A stretch of DNA of 64,000 nt from Takakia lepidozioides. Taxonomy: Eukaryota; Plantae; Bryophyta. Positions 11,262 to 23,578 of this stretch are shown here, piece by piece; positions within the stretch are counted from its first letter, which is position 1, and every line of letters begins with the position of its first letter. Made by a program: the position numbers and the translations under genes. The stretch covers positions 25,420,001 to 25,484,000 of the forward strand of contig CM060731.1 in NCBI GenBank assembly GCA_030704615.1, written 5' to 3'. The notes under the pieces were generated by a model. That model saw nothing but the letters and a program-made list of their open reading frames with translations. It had not been told where the DNA came from and ran no database searches.

Positions 11262-12790
11262 TATGAACTCAAGATGTTTATAACACAAGATAATATCCTA
11301 TCTTTTTTAAATAAATAACAGACCTCCCACTATCTCATGTAAAAGATACCTAAGTTCACTCAAACAAGAGTACATTGCTATCCAATTGAAGCTTTTGAGT
11401 GAACTTGGGTATCTTTTATATTACAAAGTGAGGTGGTTGTTCTCTTAGGGAGGACGTGGTCAATGTCTATGTAAACCTCTTGCCATGCCAAGTCCTACTA
11501 CATTTCACTTTCATGACAATGATAGTGATATTATCCAACAATGATCTAGACATGCATAGAACTTATCAGAAAACAATACGTGGAAACCTCACGTACAAGA
11601 CCTACATGAGAATTCAATACAGACTAGTTGGACTTGAATACCTCTATGCCCACTTCAGAAGCCACCTCATCATGTGGAAATATATGACCATGACAACTTT
11701 GGTGTTCCATGTCCTGTGTGAAAGTTGAGACCAGATTCTCTTTTAATTCCTCCATGCCAGCTTGCAGACAGTCATGTACGCACACCTAAAAACTGAAACA
11801 AGAAAAAGGAACACACTTCGTACATTGTTCTAAGTGTATCAACGATGAACTCAAGATGTTTATAGCAATATATAACTAGATAATTGCCATATCTTCTCTA
11901 AATAAAGAACGGACCTCCCACTATCGAGCATGTAAAAGATACATAAGTTCACTCAAACAATAGTATCTTGCTATCCAAATGAAGCTTTTGAGTGAACTTG
12001 GGTATCCTTTACATTACAAAGTGGGGTGGTTGTTCTCTTTAGGGAGGATGTGGTTATTGTCCTATGTAAACCTCTTGCCATGCCAAGTCCTACTACACTT
12101 CACTCTCATGATAATGATAGTGATATTATCCAACAATGGTTCAGACTTGCATAGAACTTATTAGAAAATAATACGTGGGAACCTCACGTACAAGACCTAC
12201 ATGAGAATTCAATATAGACCAGTTGGACTTGAATACCTCTATGCCCACTTCAGAAGCCACCTCACGTGGAGATATATGACCATGACAACTTTGGTGTTCC
12301 ATGTCCTGTGTGAAAATTGGGACCATATTCTCTTTCATTTCCTCCATGCCAGCCTGCAGACAGTCATGTAAGCACACCTAAAACTGAAACAATGAAAAGA
12401 AATACAATGCGTACATTGTTCTAAGTGTATCAACGATGAACTCAAGATGTTTATAGCATAACTAGATAATGGCCATATCTTCTCTAAATAAAAAAGAGAC
12501 CACAGATACCTAAGTTTACTCAAACAATAGTACCTTGCTATCCAAGAGAAGTCTTCAAGTGAACTCGGGTATCCGTGATAGTATAAAGTGAGGTGGTTGT
12601 TCTCTTTAGGAAGGATGTTGTCACCGTCCTATGTAAACCTCTTGCCATGCCAAGTCCTAGTAGACTTCATTCTCATGACGGTACTAGTGATATTATGTAA
12701 CAATCATGGTCCAAACTTGCATACTAGTACTTATCAGAAAATAATACGTGAAAACCTCACATACGAGACCTACATGAGAATTCATTACAG
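11262..12790. repeat. Diverged tandem repeat, ~585-590 bp unit, ~2.6 copies, plus a partial copy at ~13100-13250
   Basis: ATGAACTCAAGATGTTTATA recurs at ~11262, ~11845 and ~12437. The downstream blocks (GTAAACCTCTTGCCATGCCAAGTCCTA, GACCTACATGAGAATTCA, TATATGACCATGACAACTTTGG) are co-linear. Confidence 0.9.
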
Positions 12791-12792
12791 AT

Positions 12793-12942
12793 AACCTAAC
12801 CTAACCCCAATCTGACCTGATCCTCAACCCTAACCTGACCTGACCCAACCTGAACCAACCCTAGCCTAACCTGACCTAACCCAATCCTAGCCTAACCTAA
12901 CCCTCACCCTAACCTGACCTTAACCTAACCCTCAACCCAATC
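12793..12942. repeat. Degenerate (CCTAA/CCTGA)n simple repeat
   Basis: Run of AACCTAACCT/AACCTGACCT/ACCCTAACC units. Confidence 0.85.
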
Positions 12943-13863
12943 CATAGTCCACTTTTTAACCAGGGCTAGTTATCGTCTCTCTCTCGACCACTGGCTTTGC
13001 TACCAAGCTTCAGCAACTTTCTCCTTCATGCATCATCATCATCATCAGCTTCTATTAGTTCACATGATGAAATGAGAAAGAAAGGAGGGGTGGAAGATGA
13101 GGAAATATATGACCATGACAACTTTGGAGTTCCATGTCTAGGATGTAAAAGGGACACATTCTCCTTTAATTCCTCCATGGCTTGCAAACAGTCATGTATG
13201 CACACCTAAAAACTGACACAATAAAAGGGAAGACAATTCGTACATTGTTCTGACACATGGAATGCATAAATCTATCGAATATTTGTAAGACAATGTGGAT
13301 GATGATATATACCAGTCTATTGTTGATGAGGTCATGAGACTGTGGGGACACATTCAATGAAGCCCTTCCCCCCCTAAGATGGAATTTACCATCTCCGAAT
13401 GGATAAGGAGATGGTATGATTGATGATCTCTTCGTTACCACATTGGAGTTGATTTGAATGGATTCAGCCTCCTTTGCAGTGTCACAGAATGAGACACAGT
13501 CTAGTACATGACTATGCGGGGGGGTCAAAATCAAGTGATTTCCTCCTCTGGCGACGACAGGATATATGCCACGCAACGATGTACCACTACGAGATGCCCC
13601 GGACATTGGATGAATGTCGACTCGCTTGCAGCTGAAGAAATATCAATTTCAGGCTGATAAAATCCAATGCAAAAAAACGATGATAGGATCAATATCAATT
13701 GTGAGATATGAACTTGAAACCACTACTCATCTAGTTAAGAGCATATGCAAAACAAAGGACATAAAATCACGCTACTTCGATCTTAGGTCCGAACGTATCA
13801 AATTGATCGATTGATCATTATATTTATCAATAGTTTGGTCTCGGAACACCATAATTAATAGTA

Positions 13864-14556
13864 TCATTTTTTCGTTTGTGTTTGAAGATACGCCAGAAGT
13901 CTCCGAAACTTTGGATCGTCCAAATTTTCATGTGGATCCCCGAGCCTGTTCCTCTCAACATATTTCGCCACAGACAGAGCTTCCAACAATCCAATGAGGT
14001 ATTTCTCAAGCTTTCTAAGCAAACATTTGTCCTTTGCAAATGTTTCGAAGGGTGGAGGTAAATGCATGACCCCACGAGATTGATGACACACTTGTATGGG
14101 CTATCATCAACAAGGAGAGTGTTTTCCTTGTCATATCGACCTTTGTATTTGTCCCACACTCTCCTAAGAGGCTTCAGAAAAAAGGGGCAAGAAGATTTTG
14201 TAGAACTTTTTGCTGCGTTGAAGTTTCTGGGAGCAATATTGGCTGGTCATACAATGCAATCGTCCTGCGACATAACAAAAATAGGCTGTGGCAAACCTTC
14301 AAAAAGCCTCTTGACAATTGGCATGAGGTTCTGGGGCATCATACAACTCCAAATAGCTAGATCGAAGGAATCACTCAGAGAACGCCATAATTTATCATAG
14401 CGCTCGCGTCGGTATACCATCCTATTGCCAATAACTAGGGAATATCTGAAATCTTTTTTTGCCTTGGAATTTTCCTTCGTGTGGTGGCCACTATCCTCAA
14501 ATCTAGCAAAGCACACCATTCAGGTCAAATACAATCAGTATTCTTTTCGGGACACT
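13864..14556 (-). pseudogene. FCP1/NIF-family HAD phosphatase-like pseudogene
   Basis: KRILIVFDLNGVLC at ~14505-14550, FDLAIWS, FVMSQDDC, FLKPLRRVW, NTLLVDDSPYKC, and tail LEKYLIGLLEALSVAKYVERNRLG. Stops and frameshifts present. Confidence 0.8.
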
Positions 14557-14724
14557 TTGCACTTCGTCAAGTGGTCGCTGAGGCTCATTCTGGTAAACGG
14601 TGAAACCCCAAATAAACAAGTTAGTGAGAAGCTTAGGTTAATATAGAATATTCAACAACAAATCATCGCATCAGAAGAAAATGAACAAAAAATGAAATCA
14701 CATGGGGACGTTGTACATGTAATT

Positions 14725-15009
14725 TCAAATTTGGAGATGTCTAATTCGTGAAATAGCCTTCGCAGCATCCGCCCTTGCCTCTAGATTCTTTACCCATTCA
14801 TCAAACTCGTTCGGCTTCGGCCACTTGAAATCCCACAACTTCAAGAACTTAAGTTGAGGATCGCTCCAGTATAATGACTCTGAGAGCCCGATCCGGTTAT
14901 GTTTGTTATAAACACAAGCATCCAACCCAGACCTTCGAAGGTTCCTCAAGAATGGTTTGAATTCTCCAATGAGGAAATTGTCTCGAGAAAGATCATTCTG
15001 TAGACTCAA
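14725..15009 (-). pseudogene. C-terminal fragment of a second FCP1/NIF-like paralog
   Basis: DNFLIGEFKPFLRNL...VYNKHNRIG...SDPQL parallels DKCLLRKLEKYLIGL...KYVERNRLG...DDPKF in the 13864-14091 ORF. Confidence 0.5.
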
Positions 15010-15132
15010 ACTTAATATCTAGAAACACAACCAAAGTTGTGGGATTTAAGTATGATTGCGTGTCGAAGATTAAAGAGTTTGACCTATAGACATCGGGCTT
15101 TTCATCTGAAAATATACCGTATAACTTCTTTA

Positions 15133-16747
15133 GATAAGGCAAATGGTGCAATTCTAAATCCTACCAAGACTGGCCGTGGTGGGAAGGCAATGGTGGAAGC
15201 ACGCTTGGTAAGTGGCATCATCACGACTCTGTATTTTGTTCCTCATTGAATTGCTATGTGTATATAGTCAGCCCTCACATTGCTTACTGACTTGTGGCAT
15301 GGGTTTGTTTGTGGCATGGATTAATTTGTAGGAAACACTATCAGGGTGCCCTCCTACATTATATGAAATTCAAGAGGGTTCAGTGTCATGGTTGTCAGCT
15401 GGGAGTGACAGGCGGGTAAGTGTGTTTTCCACGTTTGCTAGAGTGGTTGCTGCATCATAGGTTGCTAGGGTTTTTTTCACGGCTTTTGGCCTGGGTTTTC
15501 TTTCCAATGGTTGTTCATGCTAGGTTTTTTTGGTTTGATTCATACTTGGGCAAGTTTTCATGGATTGGCAGGAGGGAAGTCTCGCATATTCTACAGTAGT
15601 TGGCAGGATGGATGGCTTGGACAAACTGGTGGAATCACAAGGACGTGACATGGCAGAATTAAAATTACAGATGCAGAGTATGATTGAGTACCAGAAAGCC
15701 ATTGTGACCAGATTGGGGATTAATCTACCAGGCGCAGGACCAGTGACATCTACGATGGATACGTCTGCTGTGACAGTATCAAAATGTTTGGAATCCTAAT
15801 TTTAGACGGTAACTGGTGCTCACTCTAAGCCCTTATGTCTTCCTGTCACTGATGATCTTTTGAATTTGACCGAGCAGCAGCAGGATACAGGGAAGGCCAG
15901 CTGTGAGGTACACGTGGAAATTCAGCCCTTGCCACGTACAAAGGCAGTAGCAGTCCAGGGGGCAATGGTGACAGAGCCGCCGGGCACACCGGATTCTGGT
16001 ATGCAGGTATGTGGGAGTTTAGATGTGGAGGAAGAAGCAGACGGGGACAAAACAAACAAGCAGGTTGCTTTAATTTCTCCTGCTCACATGTTGAAGCCAA
16101 ATGTCAGTTTACTTCCTGGACCAACGAGGAAGCATTTACTAATTCTGGACTTAAATGGTCTGTTATGTGAATCTTTTCATTCTGCTAATGGGCCTGCATC
16201 CCTTCCCAAAGGTTTTGTGGGGAAGATGTGTGGCAAGAAGATGGTAGTTTTGAGACCACGCTGTTATGACTTTTAGCAAAAGTGTTTTGAACACTTTGAG
16301 GTGGCGGTGTGGTCTTGTTGCCAAGCTCGCAACTTCTTCCCAATGGTGGACTATATTTTTGCAGCCCACACTAACATGGTTTTCCAGTGGGATGCCCTTC
16401 ACTGTGACGAGGATCCAGTCCTCCCATGCCGTAAGGGGTCTGATTCAAAGCCATTATATTTCAAGAACTTGTCTACAGTGTGGGCAGACTGGCCAGAATG
16501 GACTTATGAGGACACTGTTCTTGTTGACGACACACCAAGAAAGGCGGCAAACAATCCTCCCTTCAGTGGGATTTTTCCAGAGCCATGGAAGGTGCAACCA
16601 GATTCACCAACTGATGAGTATCTAACAGAGGTGTTGTGGCCTTTCTTGTGGAAGGCATCGAAAGCTGCCAGTATCTATTCACTATTCCATGCACCCCTCC
16701 TTGTCGAGGGCTTTCCAACGGTACCAAGTACCAGGGCTGGGGCCTAG
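15133..16747 (+). pseudogene. Spliced gene with a coiled-coil segment and C-terminal FCP1/NIF-family HAD phosphatase domain; one in-frame stop
   Basis: Apparent GT-AG exons at ~15133-15206, ~15332-15415, ~15572-15775 and ~15880-16747. KHLLILDLNGLL, VVLRP..YDF*..CFEHFEVAVWS, YFKNLSTVW, DTVLVDDTPRKAANNP. ORFs 15860 and 16301 share a frame across TAG 16274-16276. Confidence 0.8.
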
Positions 16748-18745
16748 CGGTTGGGGACATCTCAAATATACAAAACAAACGTCTCGCTTCATATATTGAT
16801 ATTGATGGTCTGTTTTCAGAGGTTACTAGGGTAGCCTGTGCCGTTGGCCCAAGTGTTGAGTGTCATCTAAGTCCAAGTGCAGTCCCCTATGTATCTAGAG
16901 GCCCTCTTTTTTGGGAGATCTAGGCCTAGGGTAGCCTGCGCCATTGGCCCATGTGTTAAGAATTGAAATCTAAGTCCAAGTGCAATCCCCTATGTATTCA
17001 AGTAGCGTCTCCTATGTCAAGGCCCATGTGTGAAGAATTGAAATCTAAGCCCAAGTGCAATCTTCTATTCATGTATCCAAGTGCATCTCCCATGTACAGG
17101 CCCACATGTCCAGTGTCATCTAAGTCCAAGTGCAATCCCATATCTATTCATTTTTTGTTTTCCGGAGAGCCTACGACCAGATTTGAACCAGAGACCTTTC
17201 CCTTGATATCTCTCCCGTCGAGGCTCCAACCATTATTCCAGGAATGCCCACTTTGCCGTTTTTGCTATTTTTTGTGCAGCGACCAAAAGTACTTGGAATT
17301 CCGTATCTCCTACACCGCAGGTCCAAAAATCATGAGACCAAGCCGGTGCACCCCTCCTTGTCGAGGGTTTTCCAACGGTACCAAGCACGAGCGCTGGGGC
17401 CTCGCGGTTTGGGACATCTCAACGTGACAAAACAAACAAACAAACCGTAACAAATCGTCTTAGGGTAAGTTGGCCTATGACCGAACAGGCGTCTATGACC
17501 GAACACCCCATTAACGCTTCTGTCAGTACCTATGACCATGCAGTGCTAGTCCCAAGACTGTCCCTTTTTGTCACTTGGCAAACAATCATTTGATATAACC
17601 CCCCAAAAAGTGAGAGTGATCATAGGGCTCTTGGTGTATACAAGCATTATGATTGGTTCGACTTTGAAACACTACAACTTTGTGTAAGATTCATGAAATC
17701 CAATAGTTCCAAGTTTGTAGCTTGTCCCATATGTGGGAAACCTTATGAAAATTACCTGAGGTAAAAATGATAAAAATTCACCGTTAGATTTTTTACCATC
17801 GTTATTTGAACGGTCATAGGCCAACATACCCTAATTCATACTAGGGTAGCTTGTGCCGTTGGCCCAAGTGTCAAGTGTCATCTAAGCCCAAGTGCAATCT
17901 CCTATGTATGCAAGTGGGTCTCCTATGTTGAGGCCCAAGTGCCACCTCTAGGGTGGCTGCTTCCGTTGGGCCAGGTGTCCCAAGTGTCAACTAAGTGCAA
18001 TCCCTCATGTATCCAAGTGAGTCTCCTATGTCGAGGCCCATCTAAGCCCAGTGTGCAATCTCCTATGTATATCCAATCATTATTGATATCTCCCGTCTCT
18101 AGAGTCTCATGTGCCATTGGCCCAAGTGTCCAATGTCATATGAGTCCAAGTGCATTTTTTTTCCACATAGCCTATGACCAGATTTGAACCGGAGACCTTT
18201 CCCTTGATATCTCTCCTATCAAGGTTCCAAGAATTCCCACTTTGCAATTTTTCGGGAATTTCCAGCGACCAAAAGTACTTGAAATTCCAAATCTCCCACA
18301 TAAAGGGCCAATCACTGCTCCAGGAAAGCCCACTTTGCTATTTTTCGCGAATTTCCAGCGACCAGAAGTACTTGAAATTCCATATCTCCCACAACGCAGG
18401 TCCAAACATCATGAGACCAAGCCGGTGCACCCCTCCTTGTCGAGGGCTTTCCAACGGTACTAAGCACCGGGGTTGGGGCCTCGCGATCTCAACGACGCTA
18501 CAGAACAAAACAAAACAAAACAAACCTCTCGCTTCATGTATTGATAGGGTAGCCAGTGCCGTTGGCCCAAGTGTCTAGTGGCATCTAAGTCCAAGTGCAG
18601 TCCCCTATGTATGCGTCTCCTATGTCAAGGCCCATGTGTGAAGAAAGCGCAAATGCAATCTCCCATGTATCCAAGTGCTTCTCCCATGTAGAGGCCCAAG
18701 TGCGACCTCCAATGTCATCTGAGTACTCCATGCAATCCCCTAGGG
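16690..18745. repeat. Complex modular repeat array (transposon-subterminal or satellite-like)
   Basis: Many CCAAGTGCAATC(C/T)CC and TAGGGTAGCYTGTGCCGTTGGCCCAAGTGT units. A ~280-350 bp module (ACCAGATTTGAACC...GCGACCAAAAGTACTTG...GCACCCCTCCTTGTCGAGGG(C/T)TTTCCAACGGTAC) occurs at ~17175 and ~18175, with a partial copy at 16690. Confidence 0.85.
17463..17831. mobile_element. MITE (369 bp) with 21-bp terminal inverted repeats
   Basis: GGGTAAGTTGGCCTATGACCG (17463-17483) and CGGTCATAGGCCAACATACCC (17811-17831), one mismatch. Flanked by TA on both sides (TTA left, TAA right). AT-rich non-coding interior that interrupts the repeat array. Confidence 0.85.
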
Positions 18746-21700
18746 TGATATTACGAAGGATCTGTATTTCAAAAATTGCCTTACGAGTTAACTTGAAGTT
18801 TTCTTTTCATTTCGCACCCTTCATTATTCTCTTTAGTTTGATTGTGGGGGCCGCGCGAACGCGAGCCCCCGCTGCCCACAAATTATGACGTGCATGCCCC
18901 CGGTAGGGAGACGCTAGGATCACCCACTCCGTAGTGCAATGGAGCAGGTTCCCCTAGGCCATCGACGTTGATGATCACCGATAGACCCCGCCCAGGTAAG
19001 TATGTTACTGTTGTGGAAGGCTGGGTTTATATACTGCAATCTGCCCACTTTCGGGCAATCAATATGGGATAAAGATTTGTGATATATTTTCTCTACAGGG
19101 TCCCATCATAGCTTTAATAGGCCCATGATTCAGCGCGGAACGAGATACAGACGGGGAGCGCGTTCTTGTTAGCTCGCAGACTCCTCCCTCCATCGGTTCT
19201 TGCTATGTCCATCTGTCTATGCTGTGTTGTTGCTGTGGTGTTGCTGGTGGGTTGGTCTCTTTCCTGTACCTAGCTGCTGGGTTTCGCTTGTTTTCTGCTT
19301 GGTGACTAGTGTTCAGTTCCTCTCTCTGTTTGAGGGATATCTCAACAAGTCAGTGTCCCGTTGGATAGCGACTGAAAAGGGACCAAGATTTTCCTTCATC
19401 ATCGCTGCGGAATGTATGGGCACATTGCAGGAGAATAGTTGTTTATCCTCTTAAGTCCTCATTCATGGCAAGTGGAATCGACCAGCAGCGTACTCTTTGG
19501 GCAATACTCAGGTAAGGATTTGTTGTTTGAATGTGTTAAATGAAGAGAGATTCTCTCATACAATGCAACCTCTTTCACCATGTCTTTTTCTTTCTTCCCA
19601 ATTTCCTACAAGCAGGCTGGGCAAGTAAAGTCTCATCCATAGGCAATCCCCAAAAGATAGGCATGCCAACAGTGTGCATTTATTTACAGAGGATTATAAT
19701 CTTTTGTAGGACAATCCTTGTCAGCTTACGGTCTGCAGTTCATGACTACTCTGAGGACTGGTGAGGAGATTCATCGGAGTGATCTAACTTCTTCAATTCT
19801 CATGTCCCATGTAAAATACGAACCTCCAATTCCAGGCGGCATCGGTTCTCAAACTGCAAGCGAGCAACCATGCCAATTTTACCGTCATGCCTTCAAATCT
19901 TAAGTTTCTCGAAAGTCTCCACGTACCCATTCACGATTTACACGACGATTAACATTATTTCGTGCTCCGTTAATGACTCAAAAGCATCAAATTACTCAAC
20001 AGCCTTTCTTGGACTGGGCTTGAAAGGGAGGAAAATGACCTAAATTTCTGAACTGGTCTGGTACCTGCTCATAACAGGTTCGTGCAAGATCAATGCTCAA
20101 CTCTACAGCAATGCGGAGGTTGATGGCCCCTGTGACACAATGCAGTAGAAACTGGAAAATTGGGTTGGCAGTTGTCCATGACAAAGTCTCTGCGACTTCT
20201 GCGCAGAGGGGGTGAAAGCAGAATGCAATCCAAGGTAATTAAAGCACCCGACCAAGCGGAAGCTTATTGCAGTGTGGAAACATGTCAACTCAAGTGAGGA
20301 GCCCATTAATCGAGTCGAATTTCTTCAAGGCTTCAATTTTCCAACATAAGGAAGAAAGGTATGAGAAGGTAACAAACTCTTTCTCAGGTTTCTCCCCATA
20401 CTTACAATGTTGTGCATTGCGGTAGAATCAGAGCAAGAGGAATTCTGCATGAGGACCTTATGTAGCATGGAGAGGTTGTACCGCAAAGGCGTACCTGGAA
20501 GGTTTCTTGAAACAATTTTCTAGACCTTTTCAAAGAGACAGAGCGAGGAATCCTGGAATTGAGAAAGACAGGACCTGGAATGCCAGAATTACCACCAGCT
20601 ATGTACTGACCACTTGACGCTTTAGCATCGGATTGTTTGAAAGAATTGTAGCACTTTGACTTGCTACTGTTTGAAGGTGATTCAAATCAAATCCGCAATT
20701 TGAAGCAAACCTTTTGGAAATTTTCCTGCAGAGTACGAATTATGTACGAAGGGAATGCCTTGGTGAGGAAACTGAATATTCCCTTGTTCTCTTTCTGAGA
20801 GAAGCATCATGACTTTTCTGCTCGTCCGACTGTTTGTTGGTTTGCAGAGAGAGTTTGAGACTGTTCATTTGGCCAGTCAGGCAGCAGTCCACACGACTGC
20901 TCCACCTGTGCTACGTGGCCCAAGCCATCCACACTCAAGAGACCCCAGTTGGCGCGTTATCCCAGGTCTCTCCATCTCCAACCGTGCTGGAGACAGATTA
21001 CAGAGGGAGAGGGAGGACAAGAAAGTTAGGGAGGCGGCTCATGGCCCAGCATACAAGTTTCTGCTGCTGTGCCCAGCTTAGGATGCGTTCTGGATCCCTC
21101 AAACAGTAACGAACACAAATTCCCTTGTATCTAAGAACATAGTTGTTTGTATGCATGCTTGAGGTCTCTCGCACCCAGTGCAATCTACAGTGGCAACGAC
21201 TCAGTCGTGGCTACTTCATTTTGCTGTCCTGACGCTCACTGCTGCAGATATCTTTCACCTTTTTCTCTCCGTATGAAAGAACAACGTCATCGTTTGGCTG
21301 GCGTGTTGTTCCAGTCAACGCACACCCCACAGCTGTCCATGATGCATATAGCACAACACTGATGGGCTCACAGCAAAGGCTGCGGCTTATCACTGTGGTG
21401 GCAATGGCAGCGGGGTTGCAGGCTAACGGCAGGATGTAAGAGGAAATCTGTTAGCACATGGACTGCCGGTAAAGTAAGACTGTTGGAGAGTTTTGTTTGT
21501 GGGAGCTCCAAGTTTCCACTGTCTCATATTCTCATTGATGTGGATATTCAAGAACCAAGTTCGGATATCAATCTCACCTCAAGATTGCCACTTCAAGACT
21601 TGAAGGTCACTACTCAGGATTTCCTAGTTCATCGGATGATATTTTTGAGGCAACAATTTCAGCCCTGCAAAGGTTTTATTTCATCTTAGAACTAACCAAC

Positions 21701-22237
21701 GGCATATAGACAACATTATATTTGTTTCCGTTTCCAAAAGCCTGTGATGTGCGAGGAATAGAAGGGAGAAATAGAATCAAAATGGTCCAACACAGCTGAA
21801 CAACATGAGGTCCCTCACACAGAACCACACCCATATTGCTGGTATTTCCACCTCTCCTTGAAGACATAACCAACCAGAAATCCATGGGAAGAATAAGTCA
21901 TGACTGCTGCATGGTTTGGACGCCCTTGGAAATGCCTCAAGGAGACTTCATATCTGCCCCTACCTCATGATTACAGCAATAAGAGTTCTATACACGTTCA
22001 TCTCATTGTAAAGCCCTGAAAAATGTGTGGAGAGATATGCCACACAGACTCAAACCTAGATGGCTACTTCTAGAAGCACCCCAAGGCAGCTGCATACGGC
22101 ACATTGTGAGGAGAATCATTGACAAGTCCTTACAAGTTAGTCTATGTACACATGCGTGTAATATATGGAAGTGATCATAATATACGTGATACACTCAAGA
22201 GAAGATATGTAGACTGCTAATCAAATACTTTAGGAAA

Positions 22238-23578
22238 TTAGAGGGGATTGACAGCAGTACTGAATTGGGCCTCCAAAAACTCCAGCTGCCGCTCCAGTAC
22301 CGTGAGCTTCTCGTTCAGGGTTGCCAACTTACTCCTTGTTGCCGATTCTATTCACAGCCACATGTTTGACAGTCAGTTCAACCTGAAAAAATATTTGCCT
22401 ACCACATTTTCTTCTCAGTTCTCTCTTTAATGCTACTATCTGTACAATCTAGACAATGCTCAAGCCCATAAATACCATCACAGGATAGATGTATTTCCAG
22501 ACAAAACCTTTCCCACAGATGGGAAATTATGTCTCTGTTCTGTTACCCAAACAAGATGGAGCGCACGACCTAATAGAAATTGCAGGGTCTAACACAGTTT
22601 TTTGAGGTGTTTCTTATCTGTCTTCGCTGTCCATCCACCTGTACAAGGGTGTCTCCCTCAACCTTCCTGTCTCTCCTCGATCCGCCTCCCACTGTCTATA
22701 CTCATTAACATGCTGTGTCTTACTCCATACACAAAAGCTGTGTTTCTACGAGCTCTAACCTTGGCTATGTTTGTCAAACGGCATTGGTGCATACATATCA
22801 ACCCTAGGACACAACCTCCGCAGCTAACAGCCTATAGCTGGTAGATGTCATTTGCGGTCCCCACAGGGCAGATTCAATTCAGAAACAATTCATCAAAAAG
22901 CAAAATGCACATGGAGTTACTCAGAGAGGGTTCCAATTAGAGCTACCACATCCTTCCTAAATAAACTACACTAACAGATGTGTGTAGATAACACACCAGT
23001 CCGTTGTATAGCACGAAATGCAACATTCTGCAGGGAAACTGAAAGAGAACAGAAACAGCGACAGACGCAGGTATGGGCGACGGAAGCAGTAACCCACAGA
23101 TAAAAGATAAATACAGCACTTCCCACCCTCGCGTGACCTTAAGACATCCTAGTTTCAAATACCGTAACAACCCCAGGACTCACCTAAGCACGATGAGCCC
23201 AGCCGGGTAACAAGGCCTGGAGAGAGGAAGAAAACAGATAAAAGCGTCCATCCAGCAAAGCAGCCATAATATGTATGTATAGACTTAAGGTTTACCAGAA
23301 CTCACGTGCCAATGGACATACAGTCTTCATGCATACAAGCCCAGGCGTGGGTCCGGCTCACAAAGAATGCACCACTTCAGAAAGGAAGACTCAAATAGTC
23401 CAGGCAGATATGCTGATACACTGGAAGGCAAGGAGGGTTATGGCTCACCAAACTGCAAAAGAAACTCGAAAAGGCGGCGGACATTGAGTGACAGGGAGCT
23501 CGAGAAATGGCGATTGTCCCAGTCAGACTGCACCGCGATTCCCACACTGACACTATTGTTAATTCCAGATTTTGACAT
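22238..23578 (-). CDS. BRK1: BRICK1/HSPC300, SCAR/WAVE complex subunit (2 exons: 23578-23449, 22347-22238; 79 aa)
   Basis: Manual splicing across a GT-AG intron gives MSKSGINNSVSVGIAVQSDWDNRHFSSSLSLNVRRLFEFLLQFESATRSKLATLNEKLTVLERQLEFLEAQFSTAVNPL*. Not present in the ORF track. Confidence 0.96.

Noticed and set aside
18950-21500. Scattered splice-like signals and short ORFs (e.g. 20809-21081)
   Set aside because: I could not assemble a coherent reading frame or recognise a family; possibly a lncRNA or decayed gene.
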